A DNA stretch of 64,000 bases from Phaeosaccion multiseriatum (GCA_965112735.1 OZ218964.1:1116001-1180000), one strand, 5' to 3'. Shown: positions 1-14,100, counted from the first letter of the stretch. The notes: generated from the letters alone by a model not told the origin. Numbers and translations: made by a program.

Positions 1-199
1 CGATGGATGGGTGATGCAGAAGGATGGCAGTGGATGGGTGGGTGGTGGGAAACGAAGGGGAGGACAAAGAACGGTACAACAAGTTGGGAGTGATGTACGT
101 AAGAAGAGTACGCAAGTGTCACAGTCAGAGTGTCCCTTCCTTCCTTCCTTCCTTCCTTCCTTCCGTCCTCCCTCCCTCCCTCCCTTCCCACCAACTCAC

Positions 200-489
200 C
201 TTCATGAGAGAGACGTCTTCGAACGGCTGGAGCATTGCCTGAGACAAGGCCGCCAGCAGCGTGGAGGAGGAGGAGGGGGGGGGGGAGGAGGGCGGGAGCG
301 ATGGGTCTCCAGCCGCAGCTCCTCCCTTCTGTTGGGTGGCAGCTTGGACAGTAGATGGAGGAGCAGCTCCAATAGCTCCCTCGATCACCCCTCCTGATGC
401 TAGACCCAGCGCCTGGGGATAGATGAACAGAGATATGTGCATTGGAACACGCACGCAAGCAAACGGACACGCGCACACGGACACGGACA

Positions 490-526
<37 letters not shown>

Positions 527-2157
527 CGCGCATACTGAGACTGACTCCCTCGCCCAGACTCGTTTTGTCCAAAGTTTTGGGCCGCAATGCAAGCAGTAGC
601 AGCGGCAAACGAGTCACAACATCAAGAACAAAGGTTTCCGTACCTGCGTGTTGACGAGGTGCGAGGCTGAGACAACGTTGGACACAAGGAGAGCATCATC
701 CGCCGCGGTGAGGGTGTCTCGGGCCTTGTCTTGCTTGTACCTAAAGACCCTCTCTTTCTGCAGGTGGAGGGCCTCAAGAGCGGCTTGGTTGGAGAGGAAG
801 GGTGCTCGGTTGCTGATGACCCACACGTCGACTCCGTGGCCTGGCGTGCCGCCCATGGGATCCATCGAGCCGAGGTACGAGGAGAAGGAGGGTAAGATTT
901 CCCCCTCTTCTCTTTCCCAGAACTCACTCACTCTATCCAGAACATACGCACACACACACACACACACACACAGGTACACACCCATGCACACGCACGCACA
1001 CGTACACACACATACACACACACGCTCACCTGCCCCCGTGTCTGTCCTCCTCCAGCGGTGTCTGTAGAGCGTCGCACGTGTACGGACCCCCCGGGGCTTG
1101 ACAAAGGCTTGCAGCACGCCTCGGTCCTCCCTGGGACCTAACAGCCTGCACATATACGTAAGTGCACGTAAGAGGGTGAATACGTACGTACTGTACTGGA
1201 CATATCATGTGGTGAACGCGACAGACAGAGTAGAGTGATGGGTCCAATAGAGAAGACATCGAGAGATAGACAGACAGGAAGATAGAAAGAATCGGTCCCC
1301 ATTCTATGCGTGTCTGGCAAGTCCATCGAGTCGAGAAGATTCTGCAGCTTGTGCTTATTAGCCTTGTTGTCCTTCTTTCTTTCAGTGTCTTCGCTCACGA
1401 AGGTATACACACACACCTTTGAAGTGTCGGCTTGAGTGTGAGGGGGGTGACCACGGTCGTGGTGTGTCGATCTCCACGCCCGGTCTTCATCGTCGGCCGA
1501 CGAAGAACAGCGACAACGGCGTGATTGGGATCGCCTCCATCCTGCCGCGTACCCTCCTCTGGAGTAGCTGGAGCTGAAGGACAGGACGACGGGGCACACT
1601 TCGCACCATCCTTATGTAATGCGCCAGACTTGTGCACGCCATCGCCTTTGGAAGCAGGGTGGGGCGATGTGGCGCGGGAGGAGGAGCAGTGCCCGTTCTG
1701 CTTCTTGAAGGCTCTGTCCAATTTGGCGTGCATGGTCCGCACCCATTCCTCGTTGCTGTCACCAGAAGGAGGTAGTGCCACCTTCTCCACGCATCCGTCT
1801 GCGGGTGCACCGAGGGGGGGGGGCAGGGAGGAGGGAAAGAGATTGGGGAAATGTCAAGGCTCTCCCTTGCTGGACGGCATAGTGGCAATTTTTCGAGGTG
1901 CAACCCTCTTCCGAACATGGTAGGACCCCCTTACCTGTTCCTGTGGCATACCAGGCGACCCGCTTGCCGCCTGCACCTCCGGGGATTGGAGTAACCACAA
2001 CGGTTGGTGCGAGCGCCAAACGGAGCTTACAGGGTGAGCGTCGCTTCCTGCCCTGTGGAAGAGGCACCAGCCACTTATAGATGGCCGAACCGGGCTGGAG
2101 AGGACCTCTGACATTACTACTCGCCGATCCTTTTTGTCCACCAGCGGTAGGGGTCAT
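200..2157 (-). CDS. Multi-exon hypothetical protein; 3' end continues beyond the window start
   Basis: Phase-consistent GT-AG exons at about 1934-2157, 1417-1798, 1030-1146, 644-840 and 200-412. They splice to ...LAPTVVV...VAWYATGT|DGCVEK...LKPTLQ|RLLGPREDRGVLQAFVKPRG...|GHGVDVWVISN...VNTQ|ALGL...SLMK|. No function recognised. The start codon is uncertain. Confidence 0.55.
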
Positions 2158-2632
2158 TGGAGCCAAAATAAGAGGGACGAATCCGAGGCGGGGATTTCTC
2201 AATTTCCCTCTACTCTTGCCTTTCCCCCCTGACAGGAGCCTCCTGGGACATGCTCACTGTGTAGGCACATCTCTCCTCTAACTCAGCGAAGGCTACTCTG
2301 CATCACTGCGAGCGAGCAGCCCGGAATGAGACTGAGGGCATCTTCTTTGTTGGGGGCGCGCCAAGTGGGGCGCCTTGTAATTCAGCAGTTACCGCACTCA
2401 CAGATGGCAAACTGATGCCAGCCTGGCATATATCCCACACCGCTGTGCACCCACCTCCTTGTCAGCCCCTGCAGTACATCAGCACTATCTAGCCGAGGAA
2501 GCAAGAAGTGGTAGCTACCGGCAGACTTGCGTGAGAAGGGCTCCAGGAGAGCACAACGAAGGGCAGAGAACACAAGCCTGTGGACACACACCACTTTGAA
2601 GCAGCGGCTACGCACGCAAGACGTAGTTAGGC

Positions 2633-4243
2633 ATGGGGAATGACTTGGGGAAGAGCTCCAATCGGATGGCCATCAGTGCCATGGCCAACGCTACGCACTT
2701 CGAGAAGAAGGAGCTGCAGGAGCTGCAGACCAAGTTCTTTGAGCTCGCCAAGCGGGAAGGCAACCCTTACACCATCACGAGGGCAGAGTTTAGGTGAGAG
2801 AGGTAAAGAAGAGAGCCCCACCGAAGCTCTCTCAGGAGGCCTCTGTCGCACTCGAGGAGACGGGGAGGGCTACAGGAGGTTTTGGGAGAGGAGAGGCAAA
2901 GAGGAGGGCGGATGGAGCAGGATAGATAGGCATGCGCCCTTCCCACTCTCACAAAAGACGACACTTCGCAGCACGCGAGACTTTCTTCCTCCAGAAATGC
3001 CCTAGTGTAGCATGCGCAACGCTCGCTCAAGCTATGCCGCCCTCCCACCTCTTTGTCTTCTCTTCACTCTGCTCCACACACACAGAGAGGCGCTGGAGCT
3101 GGCGGGGATCAACGAATCCGACTCGGAGATCTTAGAACGCCTCTTCACCATGTTTGACAGGACAGGCAACGATCAGATTTACTACAAGGACTTTGTGGTG
3201 GGCCTGGCCCCGCTCTGCCATGGGACGGTGGAAGACAAGTTAGCATGTGAGTAGAAGCTGCTCCAGGACTCTCTCGTTCTCTATCTCTTCTTTTCTCTCT
3301 CACTCGTTTTTACTCCTTCCTCTCTAGTCTTTTCTGTCTGGTAGTTTCTCTCTCTCCCTCTCTCTGATGTGCATGTGTGTATGCATGTGTTTATTCTCCC
3401 TCTCTCTCTCTCTCTCTCTCGCTCTCTCTCTGTGTGTGTGTGTGCGCATGCGTGTTCCTATGCCTCTCTCCCTCTCTTCTTGGCGCCTCTCGTCGCTGAT
3501 GCCGCTGTCTCTCTCCCCCTTCCCCAACCTCCTCTCTCCTGCCCACCTCCCGCCCCTGCCCCCCAAAGTCTCATTCGAGCTGTTCGATGTGACTGCCAAC
3601 GGGCAGATTAGCCCCGACGAGATGGAGTCCGTTTTAGCCGCCATCAATGAGACTGCGAGCTACTTTGGAGACCCCGTGGTCAAGAAGGAGGTGAGTGGTG
3701 ATGGATAGTGCACAGAGAGAAGGATGATGGGGTATGGGGCCCAACTAGTTGATTTGTTCGGGTCGGGGAGGGGAGGGGAGGGAGGAGGGGAGGGGGGAGG
3801 GGAAGAGGGTAGAAAGATGAAAGGATGAGGGGGGAAGGGAGTGCTTTGGATTGGAGTGATGAAGAGCGGAGTGGAGTGGAGTGGAGTGGAGGGCTGCTGT
3901 ACCCTGTATAATGGCCAGGGGGGGGGGGTAGAGACGCACCAAAGCAACAGGCAAGGCACCTTTACCGTTTTGCCGCTCCACCTTGCGCAGGCGGCGAGCA
4001 GTGCGCCTGTCTCCCTTTGCTCTCACTCCTCCTCCTCCTCCTCCTCCTCCTCCTCCTCCTCCTCCTCTTCCTCCTCCTCCTCTGCAGGAGATCAAGACGC
4101 TGGTGAAGGACATTTTCGCAGAGGCCGACACGAGCAACACGGGCACTCTCAACCATAAGGAGTACCTCAATGCGGTAGCCGCGCATCACGTGTTGGTGCA
4201 GTTCATCAACGGACAAGGCACCGTGCGATACGGAAGTGCCTAG
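2633..4243 (+). CDS. EF-hand Ca2+ sensor, calcineurin B-like/NCS (recoverin-type) family, ~199 aa
   Basis: Exons 2633-2793, 3086-3246, 3569-3690 and 4088-4243 join in frame. N-terminus MGNDLGK (Gly2, possible myristoylation) followed by THFEKKEL. Family motifs ERLFTMFD and GTVEDKLAFSFELFD. EF loops DRTGNDQIYYKD, DVTANGQISPDE and DTSNTGTLNHKE. Confidence 0.88.
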
Positions 4244-5009
4244 GCTAGAAAAGGTGGGGCCTGTTGGCTCTTGAGAGAGTCGAAGAGAATCAGAAACAGA
4301 ATCAGAACAGTTCTGTTGAGGGGAGTGTATCTGAGAAGCTCACAAGCCCTCCAACCCGGTGTGTGCATGCTGTCGGGCTTCATGTGCGAGTTCATGTAGT
4401 AGTATTCAAGGTGGATTGAGTTGACTTGGCTGGTCCCGGCCGGCCCCTCGCTCGGTGAGCCCTTTCCATGGTGGTCCAGTGGCGAACGGGATGGCAACAG
4501 AAGGGCGATCGATGCGTAGCTACTGATGCATTGGTGTCACGGCGCGAGCGAGGGCTGGCTGGTTAGTATAGAGGTAGTAAGTCAAGGGGGAGTTGGATGG
4601 GATGGGGGTGGTGTGCTCTACCACCGCCTTTTTGCCGAGAGCGAGCGAAGAAGGCTTCTTGTAAAGATGAATAGAGAGAAGAATGTACAGAACAAGAGTT
4701 TTTGTTATTGTTTTTTTTTGAGGTACTTCTAGAGATCGGCCCTGGCCTCTACAAGGGCCTGTTTTTTCAGAAATCACGCCGGCTGGCGCCCGCCAGTCAT
4801 TATCAGTAAAGGGGGATTAGAAAAGGGAAAGGAAAAAGAATTATAAATAATTCAGGTTTCTGAGGGCCGAATTGTTTGAAAATTGAAAATTGTTTTGCCC
4901 TTGCGCTTGCAATTGCTTTGCTTCCACCACCCCGATCCCACCCCCGCCATCCGGGGCCTCTCTCGGTAAAACAAGACGCCAAACGGAAATAACGGGAGGG
5001 AAAGGAGGG

Positions 5010-6694
5010 ATGTCCACCGCTCCTGCTGGTGCTACCTCTGCTGCCGCTGTCTCTGAGCAGACGTCTGAGACGAAGGACGACATGAAGTCGGGCGTTGAGG
5101 GCATCACGAAGCCGGCGACGACGGTGCTGATCCCAAGTGTAGTGAAAGGATCCCTGTACACCGACACCACCATAAAGGACACAGCGAGCGTGCAAGAGGC
5201 TGTGAAGAAGCATCCGGTCTTTATCCTGTCGAAGGTACTTACCTGCCTCTCTCTCTCTTTCTTTTTCTCTCCCTCTCTCTCACAGTCTCTCCCCCTCTCC
5301 TCTCCCCTCCTTTCTCTCCCTTCCCTTTCTCTCTCCCTGTCATCTCCCTCCCTCCAGACCACCTGTGGTTTCTGTTCCGAGGCGAAGCGCACTTTACTGG
5401 AGGAAGGCTTGAACATCTGTAGTATTGAAGTTGACAAGGTACCTCCCCTCGTAGCGCCATCCAACTCCCTCCTTCTCACCCCGCCTCTGGCCCTTGCAAG
5501 AGACGCCACTGAGGACACAGAGTCTGTGGTGTAGTTTTCTCACCAGCTTTGGCTCTTTCCCACCCCGCCTCTCGCCCCTTTGTGTGCCCCCCCCCCCCCT
5601 CCCTCCAGGATGCGAATGGATCGGCCATTCGCGCTGCAGTTAGCGAGCTGTCCAATAACAGCAATACGGTGCCCCAAATATTTCTAAATGGGTCATCTGT
5701 GGGAGGATGCGACGATCTCAAGGTCCTGCAAGCCTCAGGCGAACTTGCCCCAAAGGTAGAAGCCGCCCTTGCCACACAACGAGCCCAAGCCGGAGTCTCT
5801 GCCGCCGAGGAGGAGGGAGGAGAAGCAGCGCTGACGAGAGGCTCCTCTAGCTCCGGGCCGTCCGCTGCAGGGGTCTTTCCCGGGCCCAGCTCGGCCATGT
5901 ACCCGCTCTTCTTCTCTCCGGACTTTGTGGATAACAGGGCCGTTCGGCTCGGAGGCGGCTTGGTGAGGAGGAAGGAGAAGGATAGGAGGGAGGAGGAGGA
6001 CGAGAAACAAGAGAGAGAAGGAGAGATATAGAGAGAGGGAGAGAAGAGAGGGAGAGAGAGAAAAGGAGAGAGAGAGGGGGGGCTAGACGAGTCTTTTATA
6101 CTTTCTACGCTTGTTGGGTCTATTTACGAGCTCGAATCCCCCCCCCCCCCTCTTGACTCTTGCTTTTTCTCGGCTTGAACTTGGCTTGCCTTGGCTTGCC
6201 TTGGCTTGGCTTGAACTTGACTTGATTCAGACCATGGTCATTGCCATCTTAGGAGTAGTGTTCGCGACGAAGAAGCAGATGATCTGGACGCTGCTGGGGC
6301 TACTGGTGGACTACGCCATGCGCTTTGTGGCAGGAGGAAAGGGCAGCCCCATCGCCTTGTTGGCCGCGCTGCCCTTCTGCCGCTCCGCACCCAACATCAA
6401 GCCTGGGGTCTCCAAGCAGGTACGTGTGTGTGTGTGTGTGTTTGTGTGTGTGTGTTTGCGTGTGTGTGCGTGCGTGTGTGTATGTGTGTATGTGTGTGTG
6501 TGTGCGCGCATGTGTGCGTGTGTGTGCGTGCCTGCGTGCGTGGGGGGTTGATTTTGGTAGCGGAAGGCCGAGCTGGAATAGACCAGCCAGTCGTTTGGGA
6601 GAGGGAGCGAGGCAGGTCAGGTGAAAGATCCTCAGTCAGCGAGGGAGAGCAGGCGGGGGTGGAAGAGAGAGAGAGAAAGGAGGCGAGAAAATCC

Positions 6695-6725
<31 letters not shown>

Positions 6726-8288
6726 CTATTCACTGCCATCCCCTCCCCTCACCATCCACTGCCATCCCCTCCCCCCATCCCCTCCCACCCCCATCCACTG
6801 CCATCCCCTCATCCAGTTCGCCAATCTGTGTGGACTGACTTTCGCAGCACTCGGGTACTCCACCGCCGCAGCGGGGCACTCGACCGTTGCGAGGATATTC
6901 CTCGCGGGTCTGGCAGGGGCGGCCGGCATGCAGGTGGGTAGGGTAGGGTAGGGTAGGGTACGGTAGGGTGGGGTAGGGTAGGGTGGGGTAGGGTAGGGTA
7001 GGGTAGGGTAGGGTAGGGTAGGGTGGGGTAGGGTAGGGTAGGGTGGGGTAGGGTAGGGTGGGGTAGGGTAGGGTAGGGTGGGGTAGGGTATGGGGTAGGG
7101 TAGGGTAGGGTATAGGGTAGGGTAGGGTAGGGTAGGGTAGGGTGGGGTAGGATCGGGTAGGTAGGGTCTAGTGGTAAGGCATTGAGGCAGGGTAGGGTAT
7201 AAGGCAGTGGGCTGTAGGTAGGGTATAGGGTATAAGGTAGTGGGCTGTAGGTAGGGTATAGGGTATAAGGTAGTGGGCTGTAGGTAGGGTATGCAGAGCA
7301 CGTGCCTGCTGACGGTCTACACGTCACGTGCGTCACGTGATCCCCATGACGGGTGGAAGACGAGAAGCCTTCCCTTCGCCCCCCCCCCCTCTCTTGGTAT
7401 GAGAGAGAGAACGCATCCACCATGTGCACCAGCCTCCCTCTTCCTGTGTTGTCGTGATGTTCTCCTCCTCCTCCTCCTCCTCCTCCTCCTCCTCCTCCTC
7501 CTCCTCCTCCTCCTCCTCCTCCTCCTCCTCCTCCTCCTCCTCATCGTCATTATCCTCCTTATCATCCCCCTTCTCCCCCTCCTCCTCTTCCTCCTCCTCC
7601 TCCTCCTCGTCGTCGTCGTCGTGGTGTCCTGACCTGTGCTCAGTCCATTCTTGACTTCTGCGTGGGGTGCGTCATCTTCGGAGGGCTCATTCAGTTCGGA
7701 TTGCTGCCAAAGACCGTCTACAGAAGTTAGTGCCATCGTGCGTGCGTGCATGAGCATCTCCCTCTCTCTCCCTCCCTCTCTCCCTCCCTCCCTAACTCTC
7801 ACTTTCTCTCCCCCCCCCCCCTCTCTCTCACTCTTTCCCTCCCTCTCTCTCCCTCCCTCCCTCCCTCTCTCTCTCTCTTTCCCTCTCCCCCCACCCCTCC
7901 TCTCTCACTCCATCCCTCCCTCTCTCTCCCCGTCTCCCCTTTTCAACCATTCTTCCCCTCACGCACTCACGCCCCCCCCCCACCCCCTCCCTCCTGCTCT
8001 TTGTGCTTTCTTGTATTGTCTCTTTGGCGGTTACGTACCACCACACTCCGTACCATTTCCTTTTTGCCATTTGTGAATATGTAATATGTGCATATGAATC
8101 AAGTGTACATCAACCGCCGCGTGTCCCGCGTCGCCAATTGGAAAGACCAAAACATCAAAGACCCGTCCAAGACGAGCCCTCCCCCCGTGACTCACTGGTC
8201 CACCCGAGGAGTCAGCCCCTCTCCCACCGACCTCTTCATCAAGCCCAGGGACGAGAAGGACAAGTGGCAGGTGCGTGTTGTGTGTGTG

Positions 8289-8361
<73 letters not shown>

Positions 8362-8443
8362 GTGTGTGTGTGCCTGTGCGTGTGTGTGTGTGTATGTGTG
8401 CATGGAGCATGCAGTACACGCATCTTGTCTCTCTGTGTGTGTG

Positions 8444-8528
<85 letters not shown>

Positions 8529-8549
8529 GCCTGCCTGTCTATCAATCAA

Positions 8550-8583
<34 letters not shown>

Positions 8584-10161
8584 AGTCTGTCAGTCTGCCT
8601 GTCTGCCTGTCTGCCTGACTGCCTGCTCACCTTGCCTTGACCCCTCTCGCTCCCCTCCCCCCTCCCCCCTCCCTTCGCTCTCCCCCCTCCACTGTCCCGT
8701 GCCGTGCCCCCCTCCCCCCTCCCCTCCGCCCCCCCCCCCCAGGTGTTCGACCCTGTTCGCTACTGCCACGCGCTCTACTTTGCCTTTCCGCTGTCCCTGA
8801 GCGGCCTTGCCACTGTGCTCAAACTCTTGAATGAATCTCCTCGCTTCAACCTTGGTGACACGGTACGTTAAGGTGGAGGTAGCTGCGGTGGGTGGGAGGG
8901 TGGGAGGGAGGGAGGGAGGGAGGGATGGATGGATGGAGGGAGGGAGGGAGGGAGGGATGGAGGGATGGAGGGATGGAGGGAGAGGGTGAGGGACGGAGGG
9001 ATGGAGGGAGGGAGGAGCCTGTCTGCTCACAGGTTACAGGTTCTGAGTAAGGCAGTGAAAGTAGGGAGGAGGGGGGGGGTCTGAGGGAGGAGCCGCACAG
9101 CACACCACCGAATGATTGCTCTCTCACTTTTCTTTCAATTCTTCTTCCGTGGTGTGTGTATGTATCACCAACAGCCGTGGCAGGTGCTGGCCTGGATCGC
9201 CTGTGCCGTGTTCGCCTTCCTCCTCGCCCTCTACCTCGCCAAGTGTGTGGTGTACCCCAAGAAGGTCCGAAAGGAGTCGGTGGATCGCATACAAGGCCCT
9301 GCCTTAACCCTCTTCGGCATCAACTTCCTCCTCTTCGCCTTCCTCGTCAACGGACAATTCGACCCTAAGGCACCCAACTTCGGAAAGGCGAGTGAAATTA
9401 AAGTACACCCCAACGCCCGACCCATTGACACCCTTGACACCCGTTGACACCCGTTGACGCCCATTGACACCCGTTGACACCTACTGGACACCTGCTGGAC
9501 ACCCATTGATACCTGTTGACACCCATTGACACTCATTGACGCCCACCTCTACACCTCTACCCTTACCCCCTCTCTGACGAAGGACACCCCCCCCCCCCCT
9601 CCCCCCACAGGTTCTATTTTGGATCGGAGCCGTGTGGCAAGGCGCGGTCGGCTCACTTCTCCCCGCCCATTGGGTGTCTCGGCGATGGAGTGAGGAGATG
9701 GTGTCTCCGGGTTGGCTCATCCCCGCTGTAGGGGGCTTTGTGGCGGCCCTCGTTGCCCCCGGCATTGCGAGTGGGTATGAGGAAGTGGGATGGTTCTTCT
9801 TTGGACAGGTGAGGGGTGGGGTAGGGTAGGGTAGGGTAGGGTAGGGAAGGGTGGGGTGGGGTAGGGTAGGGTGGGGTAGGGTAGAGTGGGGTAGGGTAGG
9901 GTAGGGTGGGGTAGGGTAGGGTAGGGTGGGGTGGGGTGGGGTAGGGTAGAGTAGGGTATAGGGTAGGGTGGGGTAGGGTAGGGTAGGGTAGGGTAGGGTA
10001 GGGTAGGGTGGGGTGGGGTGGGGTGGGGTAGGGTATAGGGTAGGGTAGGGTAGCGTAGGGTAGGGTAGGGTAAGGTAGGGTAGGGTAGGGTAGGGGACGG
10101 TGGTGGAGGTGTGGAGGGAACCGCAGGTTGAGGCGTGTGGGCAGGCAGCAGGCAGGCGTAT

Positions 10162-10196
<35 letters not shown>

Positions 10197-10824
10197 TAGA
10201 CAGGATGGCACTGGATGAGAGGCCTTGTCCGTGATGCTTTCACCTCTGCGAAACTGAAACTGAATCGGAAACTGAACCACCTCACCCCGCCCCCCTCCCC
10301 TCCACACCCCGACCCACGCCATCCACTGCCCTCCACCACCATCCACTGCCCATCCACTGCCATATCCCCTTTCTATGGCTTTTCACAGGCCACCCTCATG
10401 TTCCTGGCACTGTGGCCCACAACCTTCTCCAAGGCCATCCTCGATCACCACTCCGACTTCCGCCTGCGCTCCTCGCTCTTCATCTGGTTGGCCTGTCCTG
10501 CGGTGGCCTGTCTGGCCTACGTCAGACTCAACGGTGGAGACTTTGATTGGCTGGCCCGTACGCTCTTTTGGGGCGGGGCTGCCCTTTTTGTGCAGCAAGT
10601 GGTTGCCGTATGGCCATTGAGTTTCTATGATGAGGGCGGCTTTGACATGAGCAGTTGGTACTTCGTCTTCCCGTTGGATGTGTTGGCGGCGGCGTCTGTG
10701 CTCTATGACCAGGCCACGAAAACCCGCGAGTCCAAGGTAAGGAATACGGGCATATGGGCAAGGCATATGGGCAAGGCATATGGCGTGTGTATGTCTGTGT
10801 ATGTGTGTGTGTGCTTGTGTGTGC

Positions 10825-10860
<36 letters not shown>

Positions 10861-11084
10861 CTGTGTACATGCGTATGTGTACGTGTGTGTGTACACGTGT
10901 GTGTATGTGCGTGTGTATGTGCGTGTGTACGTGCGTGTGTGTGCATGTGTGTGACTGTGACGTGTGAACGGGACAAGTGTGCAACTGTTACACGTTTTTG
11001 CTCCCCTCTGCCTCTTCCTCTTCCTCTTCCTGTGATGACGACTGACCTATATGCCTCTACCCTGCCCTGCCCTCACGCACCTCT

Positions 11085-11130
<46 letters not shown>

Positions 11131-11158
11131 CCCCCCCCCCCCTCCCCCCCCTCCCCCT

Positions 11159-11190
<32 letters not shown>

Positions 11191-14100
11191 CCCTCCCCCT
11201 CCCCTCCCCCTCCCCTCCCATACCCCTCCATCCACAGGCCATCTGCCTAATGTTGGTGGGCATTGCTGCCTACACATGTGCCGTCATCTTCCTCCACACC
11301 CTCCTCGCCCTCCTGTCTACAAAGCTCTTTACCCCCCTGGGCAAGTGGTCCATTATGAGTTACATGAAACTGACACACGAGGCCCTTGAAGCGGCGGTTT
11401 CACGCCTCGGCAAGCTTACGGAGCAGCTCGAGCCTTCTTTGGTGAGGGAGGGCGGGAGGGAGGGAGGGAATGAGGGAGGGAGGGAGGGGGGGAGGGAGGG
11501 AGGGAGGGAGGGAAGGAGGGAGGGAATGGCCAGTGGGAGAGAGGGAGAGAGGGAGTGAGGGAGTGAGGAGGGAGTGTCTTGAGGAGTGAGTGCCTTGCCC
11601 TTCACTGCCATCTGCCATCTGCTGCCATCTGCCAATGGATCACATTGATTCGAGTGGTCCTCCTTCTCTTGGCTTGGCTCTTGACTTGGCTCTTGGCTTT
11701 CGGCCACCCCCCCCCCCCCCTCCAACCCCTTTGCTGTTACAGTTACTATTGCTCACGCCCCCCCCCCCCCCTCACGCCCTCCCCCCCTCCCCTCGCGACT
11801 CATCCCTCACCCCCCCACACACCCCTCGCCCCTCGCCCCTCGCCCCTTCCCCTCCGGAACAGGAGCTCAAGGGCAGTGTGGCGTCTCTGACGGCTGCATG
11901 GGGCTCCATGTGTAAGGTGAGTTGGACAGTTGGTTGTACGGCTGTTGCACATGTCGACAATTGTGTCTAGCGGGCCGCCCCTCTCGGGCCGGTCCCTTAT
12001 TGGTTGGGGCTCTAAAGGAACTGGAACTGGAACTGAAACTGAAACTGAAACTCTCCTTTTTACCATTCTGTGTCCTTAAGGTGCACGATGTACACGCCAT
12101 GCATGAGGATGACGTCATCTTCCCCCTTATCGACAGCTTCTTCCCAGGTGTGTGTGTATGTGCGTGTGTGTGTGTGTGTGTGTGTTTGTGTGCCTGTGTG
12201 TGTGTGTTTGTACGTGTGTGTGTATGTGTGTGTGTATGTTTGTGTGTGTGTACGTGTGTATGTGTGTGCGTGTGCGTGTGTATCGGCACTTGGCCGGATG
12301 CTTTCTGAAGAGAGGCGAGGGGGAGGGAGGGAGGGAGGGAGGGAGAGAGGGGGGGAGGGAGGGAGGGAGGGAGGGAAGATTGGACAGAGGGAGGGAGGGA
12401 GGGAGGGAGGGAGGGAGGGAGGGAGGGACAGAGGGAGGGAAGATTGGAGAGAGAGAGGGACGGACAGAGGGAGGAAGGGAGGGAGGGACGGACAGAGGGA
12501 GGGAAGATTGGAGAGAGGGACGGACAGAGGGAGGGAAGATTGGAGAGAGGGACGGACAGAGGGAGGAAGAGGGGGGGGTGGAGAGAGACTCCTAAATCAC
12601 CAAGACAGAAACTGAACCTCTTCCCCTGTCTTTGCATAACATTATATATGTATATACTTCGTATATACTTATTGCATATATTGTTGTACACATAAAAACT
12701 TACTTTAAAGGCCAAAGTAGCCCCTCCGGGCACGAGCACGAGGAGCACGAGAGAGACATGGCAGCGATCACTGAGAAGCTCTCCTCTCTGGGGACACTGA
12801 CCGACGAGGTAAGGGAGGGAAGGAGGGAGGGAGGGAGGGAGGGAGGGAAGGAAGGAGCGAGGGAAGGAAGGAAGGAAGGAGGGAGGGAAGGGAGGGAGAG
12901 AGAGAGGAAGGGAAGGGAGGGGAGGAAGGGAAGGAGTGAGGGAGGGAGGGAGGGAAGGAGGCAGGCAGGGAGGGAGGGAGGCAGGGAGGGAGGGAGGGAG
13001 GGAGGGAGGGAGGGAAGGAGGGAAGGAGGGAGGGAGGGAGGGAGGGAGGCTGGGAGGGAGGGAGGGAGGGAGGGAGGGAGGGAGGAACCCCTTGGCGTTT
13101 TCACACGTGCACTCTTGGCTCTTTTCTGACCACCCCCCCCCCCCCCTCCCTCCTCCCTCCTCCCTCCCCAGGCATCTAGGAAGGCCGCTGTGACGGATGT
13201 GCAGAGGATGGTGCCTCGCTATGGAGCTGCCCTTCTGCAGCACATGAAGGATGAAGAGTTCATGTACGCCACGCCAGTTGTAAGAAAGGTACGTAAGCTG
13301 ACGTACCCTTCCGTTCCTTCCTTCCTCCCTCCTTTCCTTTCCCCCTCTCACCCTCCCTCCCTCTCCCTCTCTCCTACCCCCCTCCCTCCTTCCCTTTCTC
13401 CCTCCCTCCCTCCCTCCCTCCCTCCCTCCCTCCCTCCGTCCCTCCCTCCGTCCCTCCCTCCGTCCCTCCCTCCGTCCCTCCCTCCCTCCCTCCCTCCCTC
13501 CCTCCCTCCCTCCCTCCCTCCCTCCCTCCCTCCCTCCCTCCCTCCCTCCCTCCCTCCCTCCCTCCCTCCCTCCCTCCCTCCCTCCCTCCCTCCCTCCCTC
13601 CCTCCCTCCCTCCCTCCCTCCCTCCCTCCCTCCCTCCCTCCCTCCCTCCCTCCGTCCCTCCCTCCGTCCCTCCCTCCCTCCCTCCCTCCCTCTCTGCCCC
13701 CCACCCCTCTCTCTCCGCTTCCCTGTCCCCTCGCTGCCCTCTCAGTACTTCAACTTGTCTCTGATGAAGGAGGTGCTGCGCAAGACGTGGGCCAACACGC
13801 CCACTCAAGACATGTCCACCTTCATCTGCTGGGTTGTCAACGAGCTCCCCTTCACACGCCAGAAGGTGCGAGGTGTCAGGACAGACAGGAGCCAGAGGTA
13901 TCAGGACGACCGGGTGAAGTATCTTTCTCTTACCCATCTCACTCTGGGTTTTATCTCGTCTCTCTCCTTCTCCTCCTCCTCCTCCTCCTCCTCCTCCTCG
14001 TCGTCGTCTCTCTCCTCCTTCCTCCTCCTCCTCCTCCTCCTCCTCCTCCTCCTCCCCCTCCTCCTCGTCTCTCTCCTCCTCCTCCTCCTCCTCCTCCTCC

